Notes under the pieces: generated by a model
Seen by the model: only the letters and a program-made list of their open reading frames with translations
Database searches by the model: none
Told to the model about the DNA's origin: nothing
Position numbers and translations under genes: made by a program
Part shown: positions 55,176-63,250 of the stretch, piece by piece
Layout: each line of letters opens with the position of its first letter
Position numbering within the stretch: the first letter of the stretch is position 1
Source of the DNA: Sedimentisphaerales bacterium
Lineage (GTDB): Bacteria > Planctomycetota > Phycisphaerae > Sedimentisphaerales > SM23-30
Length of the DNA: 64,000 bases
Strand: one strand, 5' to 3'
NCBI GenBank assembly: GCA_963666285.1
Contig: OY762711.1

Positions 55176-55279
55176 TATACCCATAATAGTTGAAATTGCC
55201 CGGTCGAGCGTGTAAATGATTAATTACTATTATTTACCTACCGAGCGATCGGGCAATTTCATACACTATAGGCTGTATT
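55176..55279 (+). repeat. Copy 2 of the ~105-bp imperfect palindromic intergenic element
   Basis: TATACCC..TGAAATTGCCCGGTCGAGCGTG - inner hairpin - CCGAGCGATCGGGCAATTTCA. Confidence 0.65.
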
Positions 55280-55281
55280 TT

Positions 55282-57357
55282 ATGAAAAACTTATTCTCTC
55301 TGCTATTGACCGTTCTGATTTTTTCGATTGCTATTATCCCGCTCGCGAATGCAGAACCGCCAGACAATAAGAGTGACATTACCGTTGCCGCATACTATTA
55401 CCCTTGCACCCACCCGGACCCGCGCTGGGACAAAGCAAAATATCCCGGCTTTACCGAATGGGATTTGATTCGCAAAGCCAAACCTCGCTTTCCCGGCCAT
55501 AAACAGCCCAGGGTGCCTCTATGGGGCTATCTTGATGAATCAGACCCGGACGTAATGGCTAAAAAAATTGCCGCCGCCGCTGATTATGGCGTCGATGCGT
55601 TTATCTTTGATTGGTATTATTATGACGATGGGCCGTATCTCGAAAGGGCTCTGGACAACGGCTTTCTAAAAGCTGAAAATAACGACCGCGTTAAATTTGC
55701 CCTGATGTATGCCAATCACGACTGGTACGACATACAAGGCTACAATCCGGTTGGCCGGTTTAAGCTGCTCTATCCGGGGCGGATTAAACCTCAAACCTGG
55801 GAAACCATTACTGATCTGGTCATCAACCGTTATTTCAAACATCCCAGTTATTGGAAAATTGACGGCAAACCTTATTTCTCGATATATGAAATTCAGCTCT
55901 TTCTGGAAAGCTTCGGTAGCGTAAAGGCTGCCGCTGACGCCTTGGATCGGTTCCGTCAAAAGGCTGAGTTCGCCGGTTTGCCTGGCATACATATCAATGC
56001 TATTCTATGGGGACAACCAAACCTGCCCGGCGGCAATACCCCGACCGACTGGCCTTATCTATGCCAGGCTCTCAAACTCGATAGTCTTACCGGCTATACT
56101 TGGGTTCATCATGGTGCTCTGAACTACGGCACATTTCCTGTTTCAGACTACAACTGGGGGCGGGACCGTTATTTGGCCTTTCTTGACAATGCATTCAATC
56201 AATATCCCGTACCTTATTTCCCTAATACAACTATTAACTGGGACAACAGCCCGCGTGCCCATCCCGATGCCGATTGGTCCGGGCCGGCCGCTCATGTTGT
56301 CAACCCGGTCATGCAGGGCAATACCCCCTCGGCATTCAAGCAGGCAACACAGATTATTATCAAGCGGTTGATGAATTCAAACGTTGAGCCAAAGATACTT
56401 ACGGTTAACGCCTGGAACGAATGGCCAGAAGGCAGTTGCCTGGAGCCGGAGCAGGAATATGGTTACGGCTACCTGCAAGCGATACACGAACTCAAACAGC
56501 CGACTGTTATGCTAGTTGCGCCTGATGATTTTGAAACTGGCTGCCGGGTTAAAACAGACACTGTCTTAACCTGGGAAGAGCTCATTCCCGGTTCGATTAA
56601 AGATCCGGCCTTCAATGTCTACCTGGGCTCCGATAAGGCAAAGGTTACTTCATTAGACCCTGCTGCTTTGGTCAGTACCAGACAAAGTTCTTTCTTTTTT
56701 ACCCCTAACCTCGCTCCCGGCACACTTTACTACTGGACAGTAGCAGCATATATCGACAAAGCCGACCCTAAGCCGATCGTAGTTGCGAAAACCCGCTCAT
56801 TCAAAACGGTTTATAAAGATGAACATTGGACTGATGCTCCTTGGACCGATGATTCTGATTCCGGGATCAGTACCGGCAAGGTTTACACTCATAAGGTCAA
56901 CTTTAATGCCGACGAAACGACTTCTACTGTCATCAACGGCGTTGCTTTCGAAAATGATAACGACCGAAAAGGATCAAACTGGCATCTAACCGGTGCTCCT
57001 GCTAAAACCGGCAGCAGCCATCACATCGCCGGAAACTGCGGCTCGTTAGTAAATGATTTCTACTACGATACCCCGGCAGTTTTAACTCTTACCGGGCTTA
57101 CTCCCGGCATTGAATATATACTTACAAACTATACTCGCGGGTGGGGCAGTGCAGGTACCAGGTACGTTCAGGTAAAAACCGATACTGATGGCCGCATAAC
57201 TGCTTTTGACCAGAATACTGCTGGCGACGGCAATGGCCGCTTATTCAAATTTCAATATACTGCTCCTGACTCCGGCCGGCTTACTCTTACATTCACACCT
57301 CTTGATCCGTCCAGTACCTGGCACCACTACGCTTTCACCAACGAAGTCTTACCATAA
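55282..57357 (+). CDS. Secreted GH99-like/WbsX-family glycoside hydrolase with C-terminal accessory domains
   Basis: VAAYYYP, FTEW, PLWGYLDE, GVDAFIFDWYY, YWKIDGKP, WDNSPR, NAWNEWPEGSCLEP. Confidence 0.82.
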   Translation: MKNLFSLLLTVLIFSIAIIPLANAEPPDNKSDITVAAYYYPCTHPDPRWDKAKYPGFTEWDLIRKAKPRFPGHKQPRVPLWGYLDESDPDVMAKKIAAAADYGVDAFIFDWYYYDDGPYLERALDNGFLKAENNDRVKFALMYANHDWYDIQGYNPVGRFKLLYPGRIKPQTWETITDLVINRYFKHPSYWKIDGKPYFSIYEIQLFLESFGSVKAAADALDRFRQKAEFAGLPGIHINAILWGQPNLPGGNTPTDWPYLCQALKLDSLTGYTWVHHGALNYGTFPVSDYNWGRDRYLAFLDNAFNQYPVPYFPNTTINWDNSPRAHPDADWSGPAAHVVNPVMQGNTPSAFKQATQIIIKRLMNSNVEPKILTVNAWNEWPEGSCLEPEQEYGYGYLQAIHELKQPTVMLVAPDDFETGCRVKTDTVLTWEELIPGSIKDPAFNVYLGSDKAKVTSLDPAALVSTRQSSFFFTPNLAPGTLYYWTVAAYIDKADPKPIVVAKTRSFKTVYKDEHWTDAPWTDDSDSGISTGKVYTHKVNFNADETTSTVINGVAFENDNDRKGSNWHLTGAPAKTGSSHHIAGNCGSLVNDFYYDTPAVLTLTGLTPGIEYILTNYTRGWGSAGTRYVQVKTDTDGRITAFDQNTAGDGNGRLFKFQYTAPDSGRLTLTFTPLDPSSTWHHYAFTNEVLP

Positions 57358-57778
57358 TATATTCGCTTGTCAAAGATTGCGTTCTATAGACTCAGTGGTA
57401 TGGTTAATTCAGGTCGCCAAGGACCTATAGATTTATGCGTTCACGCGGTCTGTAGTGTCGTAGTTTGTCCAGCTGGGAGTTTTGGGTGACACCTTACCTC
57501 TCTCTCTTCTCTTTTTTTTATCCTCTACAGTCAAGAAAATCGATATTTTCTAAGATTCATACCTGTAACTTATATTAAATTATACGGAAGGATTTATGTT
57601 GATACGGTTGGATTTCTTAACGAATGTTGCGAGAATTGCATTGAATTTCTAAATTAACAATTAAGAAAAAACCTTGATTTTCTAAATTGAAAGTATTAAA
57701 ATATGCTTGAATTTCCTATTTGTAATCTCAAATTTTTATATAAGTATTTAATATATATAACCTTAAAGGTATTGTCTT

Positions 57779-59092
57779 ATGAAAAGACTAGCAGAAAAAC
57801 GGATATTAACCTGGAAAAATTCAGATAATAGAAAGCCATTGATAATACGCGGAGCACGGCAGGTGGGGAAAACCTGGCTGGTAAAAGAGGTCCTGGCCAA
57901 AGAATTTGAACATTTTGCCATGGTTGATCTTGAAACTCGAAGGGATCTGCATCGATATTTTGAGAGAAACCTTGTGCCTGGAGACATCTTAAATGGAATT
58001 GAACAGATAACCGGCCATATAGAGCCGGGAAAAACATTGCTTTTTTTAGATGAGATCCAGGCATGTCCGAGGGCAATAACTGCTTTACGGTATTTTTACG
58101 AAGAAATGCCGGAATTGCATGTTGTAGCTGCGGGCTCTATGTTGGAATTTGCTTTTAGTGAAATTTCTGTTCCGGTGGGACGAGTGCAGTATTTACATAT
58201 TTACCCAATGACATTTTATGAGTATTTGCTGGCGACAGGTAGAGAAACTATGGCAGATGCAACATTGAAATGTCAAAAGGATGTCGATCCGTATCAGCAG
58301 GAAGATATTCTGGAGGAGTTAAGAAAATACTTTTTTATTGGCGGCATGCCTGAAGCAGTAAAAAGGTATAAAGATACAGGTTCGCTCGTTAAAGTATTCG
58401 AAACTCAATCTGAGATACTGGATTCATATAGAGATGATTTCGCGAAATATACTCCAAGGGTAGACATAACATGCCTTGATGAAGTGTTTTTAGCCGCATC
58501 AAAATCTGTTGGCGAACAGATAAAATATGCCAGGCTCTGTGATAGTTTTACTGGTGTAACAAACCATAAGGCTTTTGACCTGTTGGTTAAGGCAAAGGTT
58601 TTACATAAAGTGCCTTCTTGTGATCCATCCGGCTTACCTTTGGGTGCTAGTGCCCGGCAAAAGAAGTTTAAGGCTTGTATGCTTGACATTGGCCTTTTAC
58701 AGCGGCTTTGCCAAGTGCCGGTAGATATTGAAATGAATCAAAAAGATTTACTGGCGATATATAGAGGGCAATTGGCAGAACAGTTTGTCGGTCAGGAAAT
58801 GCTTGCCTGGCACAACCGGGAGCTATACTACTGGGCCAGAGGAGCCAGAGGCAGCAGTGCTGAAGTAGATTACCTTACTGTTATTGATGGGGAAATATAC
58901 CCTGTTGAAGTTAAATCCGGGCCAAGCGGTAAACTTCGCAGCATGCACCAGATGCTCAAGGAATATCCGAATTGCCCGGGAGGGTTTGTGTTATATAGTG
59001 GAACATACGAGCAGATACCGGAGCAGAAAATAACATTCCTGCCGCTTTATGCAGTAGCAACGATAGGTAGTAGAGAGCAGGTAATGTTGTGA
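57779..59092 (+). CDS. AAA_14 ATPase with C-terminal DUF4143 (PD-(D/E)xK-like)
   Basis: RKPLIIRGARQVGKT, LFLDEIQ, AAGS, VPVGRV, IGGMPE, AEVDY...PVEVKSG. Confidence 0.9.
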   Translation: MKRLAEKRILTWKNSDNRKPLIIRGARQVGKTWLVKEVLAKEFEHFAMVDLETRRDLHRYFERNLVPGDILNGIEQITGHIEPGKTLLFLDEIQACPRAITALRYFYEEMPELHVVAAGSMLEFAFSEISVPVGRVQYLHIYPMTFYEYLLATGRETMADATLKCQKDVDPYQQEDILEELRKYFFIGGMPEAVKRYKDTGSLVKVFETQSEILDSYRDDFAKYTPRVDITCLDEVFLAASKSVGEQIKYARLCDSFTGVTNHKAFDLLVKAKVLHKVPSCDPSGLPLGASARQKKFKACMLDIGLLQRLCQVPVDIEMNQKDLLAIYRGQLAEQFVGQEMLAWHNRELYYWARGARGSSAEVDYLTVIDGEIYPVEVKSGPSGKLRSMHQMLKEYPNCPGGFVLYSGTYEQIPEQKITFLPLYAVATIGSREQVML

Positions 59093-59394
59093 TTCTTTTA
59101 CTGCTTCTTCTTCCTTTTGAAGCATTTTCAAATCGTTGTCTAACATGATTATGTAATACCAGGTTACTTTATGATTTTTATTCAGGAAAAAGTAATAAAA
59201 CATTCTAACAAGCCGGAGGCCGACAGATTTTATAATTACTCATTTGCCGTAATAGGCAAATAAGTATCTGAATCTAAATGTTGGGTAATTCAAGTAGATA
59301 GCCGCTTTATTTTTTGAAGAGTATAATATGTTTTTGTAATCTAATGGTGAACTCTGAAAATTGCTATTGATGCGAGAGTTTAAGATTTTGGTTG

Positions 59395-59423
59395 TTGACA
59401 AGGAATATAAAATAGTGCATATT
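59395..59423 (+). promoter_or_regulatory. Putative sigma70 promoter of the antiporter gene
   Basis: TTGACA-17 nt-CATATT. Confidence 0.4.
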
Positions 59424-59528
59424 GGGCTATATTCACTGCTTTATGTGACGCATGTCAGCAGGCATAAGAAAAACTATTCGCTCAAAATGAATTTTCAGAG
59501 ATTGCCTGAATATTGATAAGGTAATGGG

Positions 59529-60509
59529 ATGATGATGGTGTATCCAGTTTTGGCTTTGATGGTTGGTCTGGCTCTTTTGGTATGGAGTGCCGACCGTTTT
59601 GTTGAGGGAGCAGCCTCAACTGCTAGATATTTTGGCATGCCGCCTTTGCTGATCGGCATGGTGATTGTAGGATTCGGAACCTCCGCTCCGGAAATGGTGG
59701 TTTCGGCACTGGCTGCCTTTGAAGGTAGCCCGGGGATCGCTCTTGGCAACGCTTACGGATCCAATATTGCCAACATTGCTTTGATATTGGGGGTGACGGC
59801 ATTGATCAGCCCGATTATGGTGCATTCTACTGTATTGCGCAAAGAGCTGCCAATTCTGACGTTATTGACCGTTCTAAGCTTAGTGCTGATTGTTGACTTT
59901 GAATTGTCCAGGTTAGATGCGATTATACTCCTGTTGGTATTTAGCGGCCTGATGGTATGGACCATTTTCCAAGGGGTTAAAAGAAAAGCGGATTCTCTGG
60001 CAAAAGAGGTGGAAGATGATGCCGCTGATAAAGAAATGCCGGTTAAACGGGCTGTTTTCTGGCTTATTGCCGGTTTATTGATGCTTATTGCCAGCTCTCG
60101 GATTCTCGTTTGGGGGGCGATAGAAATTGCTAAGATTTTTGGGGTGAGCGACATGATCATAGGTTTGACTATCGTTGCAGTGGGCACTTCTTTACCGGAG
60201 CTGGCGTCATCGGTCATAGCGGCTCGAAAGGGTGAGTATGATATCGCTCTGGGTAATATCCTTGGCTCAAACCTGTTTAATACTCTGGCTGTTGTAGGCA
60301 TTGCAGGTACTATTCATCCTTTTGCTGTGGGATATGATACACTCTCCAGGGATATGGTTGTCATGGGAGCTTTAACCGTTTCGCTTTTCCTGATTTGTTA
60401 TGGTTTTAGGGGACGGCAGGGACGTATAAACCGTATTGAGGGGGCAATGTTGCTTTTTTCGTATGTTGTTTATTCGGCGTGGCTAATAATCGGTGTGGTT
60501 CACCAGTAA
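59529..60509 (+). CDS. yrbG: Calcium/sodium antiporter (YrbG / CaCA family)
   Basis: Alpha-1 GFGTSAPE...GNAYGSNIAN and alpha-2 AVGTSLPE...GNILGSNLFN repeats. Confidence 0.92.
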   Translation: MMMVYPVLALMVGLALLVWSADRFVEGAASTARYFGMPPLLIGMVIVGFGTSAPEMVVSALAAFEGSPGIALGNAYGSNIANIALILGVTALISPIMVHSTVLRKELPILTLLTVLSLVLIVDFELSRLDAIILLLVFSGLMVWTIFQGVKRKADSLAKEVEDDAADKEMPVKRAVFWLIAGLLMLIASSRILVWGAIEIAKIFGVSDMIIGLTIVAVGTSLPELASSVIAARKGEYDIALGNILGSNLFNTLAVVGIAGTIHPFAVGYDTLSRDMVVMGALTVSLFLICYGFRGRQGRINRIEGAMLLFSYVVYSAWLIIGVVHQ

Positions 60510-60912
60510 GAACCAGACTCTGAAGTATAGGTTAAACGCATCTTGCTATCTCGGACACACTAGTGGAAATATGTACATATAAAATTACATAACCCTTGTA
60601 AGGATATAAGGACTTTTTTAGATATGCTGTTTCTCTGGAAACAGTTTTTATTGAGTGGGAAACTAGGCAGAAATTGGACAGGGGACTGGGGAGGTTTGTC
60701 TTGGAATGGACAAGGCTGAGTGGGGGAGATTTATCAAGTCATTATTGTAATGTCTGGGGATGGGCATTAAAGTATAAGTTGATATCCCATCGTTATTTAA
60801 GTCTTTTAGGAAAGTATATATATTATGAGTATGATAAAGTTGCTGGTGAAAAAAATAAAGTTAAAATAATGTATGTTAAGAAATATTGTGAGATAGCATT
60901 ATAACTATAGTG

Positions 60913-61413
60913 ATGAAAATAACAGAAAATAAAATTTTAGAGATTTTGCTCAAGAGTCGTATGAAACTTACTGCTTATATACGTACTATTGTAGGGGATT
61001 TTCATTGTGCAGAGGATGTTTTCCAGGATGTTTCCATGAAAGCAATTCGCTCAAGTGAACAATTTAAAGATATAAAACATCTCGAGCGTTGGCTTTGGGT
61101 TGTATGCCGCAACGATGCGTTAATTAAGCAGAGAGAACAAAAGAAATTACCTGTTTTTATAGACAAAGATATATTGGATTCAATTCATGATGAGTTCCAG
61201 AAAACAAACCTTTATGATTTAAATGATACAGAAATAAAATTAGAGAAATGTTTAGGTAAGTTAACAGGTTTCTCCAGAAAACTGATCATGTTGAGATATC
61301 GTAAGAACTTAACTGGGCAAAAGCTAGCAAAAGAGCTGAATAGAAAAGTAGAGTCGATCTATGTAGCTTTGAGCAGGACTCATAAGACTTTACGAGAATG
61401 CATGAAGAGGTAA
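60913..61413 (+). CDS. ECF-type sigma-70 factor (planctomycete/verrucomicrobial type)
   Basis: Region 2 LTAYIRTIVGDFHCAEDVFQDV...WLWVVCRN; region 4 CLGKL...LIMLRY...LAKEL...VYVALSR...LRECM. Confidence 0.9.
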   Translation: MKITENKILEILLKSRMKLTAYIRTIVGDFHCAEDVFQDVSMKAIRSSEQFKDIKHLERWLWVVCRNDALIKQREQKKLPVFIDKDILDSIHDEFQKTNLYDLNDTEIKLEKCLGKLTGFSRKLIMLRYRKNLTGQKLAKELNRKVESIYVALSRTHKTLRECMKR

Positions 61414-61436
61414 TTAGCCAAAATGCTGGATAAAGT

Positions 61437-63170
61437 ATGAACCAGAAAAACGACAAAGAAATAAAAGACAAATTGGAAGAATTTGATTCACTTGTATATG
61501 CCTACTTTGATGGTATGGTAGATATACAGCAAATGGATGTCTTAAAACAATATTTGAGAGAAAAGTCATATGTTCGCAGGTTGGTAGATCTTTGTAGGCA
61601 CGACCAGTTGATTTATGAGTTAATGTCTTATGATGAACAGACGTTAGGTGATATTGAAACAAAAGTCTTTAGTGAAATCAAAGACGAAGGTAGTGTTTTA
61701 AAGGATTTAATTGCGTTAGAGCAGAATTCACCTGCAATTGAAATCCATAGCGAAGAGAAAAATATTGAAATCATATCAGAAATAGTTGAAAAAAAACAAT
61801 CTACGGGGAAATTTATTAAGTTGTATAATCGGATGATTTATATAGCTGCTGTATTTATGGTCATATTTATCGTTTATGCTAATGTTTTCCCCCCGCAATT
61901 ATCTGAAGAAGTAGCAACAGTGGTTGATCAATTGGATGTTAAGTGGGATATTTCTTCAGCTAAGCTAAAAAATGGTGAAAGAATACTAACTAATCAGTTG
62001 CCTTATAAGGTTGAGAAAGGGATAGTTAAGTTTTCTTATGATGAAGGAGTCGATGTTGTTATAGAAGGGCCAGCAGAGTTTACCGTAGAAAAGAAAGGTA
62101 TAACAATATCCAAAGGTCTTTTGTACTCGTATGTTTCAGAAGTTGGTCAAGGATTTACTGTAGATACTCCCAATAATCGGTTTATTGACCATGGCACAGA
62201 ATTTGGTGTTTATGTTGATCAAAATGCAACATCAGAGCTTCATGTTTATACTGGTGCAGTGCAATATTACTCCGGAATAAAAGGAGCTCCTAAGGCCAGT
62301 AAGACAATTAGAGCAAATAATGCTAGAAGGTTTGATGCAGATTCTGGGCAAATTCAAAATATACGAGTTGAAGAGAATTTCTTTGCCAGAGATGTAAATT
62401 CAAAAACAGGTATAATATGGCGTGGTCAGGATATAGATTTGGCAGATATTGTTGGCGGTGGTACTGGCTTCGGAGGTGGCGAGCTGGAAAGCGGTATTGA
62501 CGTTGAAGATGGTCAGTGGAAGAATAAGGAAGTGCTGTATAGACAAAACTTGAGTGTCGGATGGATAAGATATAGTGACAATAAATATAATAAGGTTCCA
62601 ACTATAGATTATATTGATGGTGTATTTGTTCCATATGATGCTAATGGTCCGGTTCAACTTTCATCAAAAGGGCATAAATATTCTGGTTTTCATGTAGGTA
62701 GTAACGAGCACTGGAACAATATTTGCTTTGGTGCCTGGCATGAATCAAGTCATGCACCTAAGCATAATTTGAGCTCTGAAGGTATAACTTATGGTTTAGA
62801 TAGTGATACGGCTGCAATTACAATACATTCCAATCAGGGAATTACTTTTGACTTAGATGCGATCAGGAAAAATATACCTGAAAGAAGAATCTCTAAATTT
62901 ACAACAAAAGTAGCGATTTCAGAATCGATATTATTTTTTGGCAAGGAAGACGGTGTCGAAGAAAATCCTTCAAAGGTTGACTTCTGGTGTTTTGTCGATG
63001 GCGAGCTAAGAGATAAGCAAGAAGGTATTACATATAGAGACGGGCTGGTTGAAGTTGAAATAGTCCTGGATGACAACGAAAGATATTTAACGCTCGTTGT
63101 AACAGAATCTGATGATAAATGTAGTTTTGACTGGGCTTTTCTTGCAAGACCGGTATTGGTTGTAGAATAA
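61437..63170 (+). CDS. FecR-domain anti-sigma factor with C-terminal NPCBM-like domain
   Basis: Cytoplasmic N-domain, TM (YIAAVFMVIFIV), FecR motifs GVDVVIEGPAEF, GFTVDTP, DHGTEFGV, LHVYTGAV; DLADIVGGG; HSNQGITFDLDAIR; RYLTLVVT..D...DW. Confidence 0.85.
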   Translation: MNQKNDKEIKDKLEEFDSLVYAYFDGMVDIQQMDVLKQYLREKSYVRRLVDLCRHDQLIYELMSYDEQTLGDIETKVFSEIKDEGSVLKDLIALEQNSPAIEIHSEEKNIEIISEIVEKKQSTGKFIKLYNRMIYIAAVFMVIFIVYANVFPPQLSEEVATVVDQLDVKWDISSAKLKNGERILTNQLPYKVEKGIVKFSYDEGVDVVIEGPAEFTVEKKGITISKGLLYSYVSEVGQGFTVDTPNNRFIDHGTEFGVYVDQNATSELHVYTGAVQYYSGIKGAPKASKTIRANNARRFDADSGQIQNIRVEENFFARDVNSKTGIIWRGQDIDLADIVGGGTGFGGGELESGIDVEDGQWKNKEVLYRQNLSVGWIRYSDNKYNKVPTIDYIDGVFVPYDANGPVQLSSKGHKYSGFHVGSNEHWNNICFGAWHESSHAPKHNLSSEGITYGLDSDTAAITIHSNQGITFDLDAIRKNIPERRISKFTTKVAISESILFFGKEDGVEENPSKVDFWCFVDGELRDKQEGITYRDGLVEVEIVLDDNERYLTLVVTESDDKCSFDWAFLARPVLVVE

Positions 63171-63250
63171 AATAGCTCGATTTCAAGTATTCGTCAAATA
63201 TGTTTAGGCAGTATGGTTTCTTAATAATGAATAAAAGAAGAGAATGGTAT

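Noticed and set aside
59424..59528. Possible yybP-ykoY (Mn) riboswitch before the Ca/Na antiporter
   Set aside because: The conserved GGGGAGUA and GAGACC-type motifs were not found.
60855..60890. dif-like sequence (ATAATGTATGTTAAG); a similar partial match lies at ~31930
   Set aside because: Too many mismatches in the XerC/XerD arms, and the context is AT-rich.
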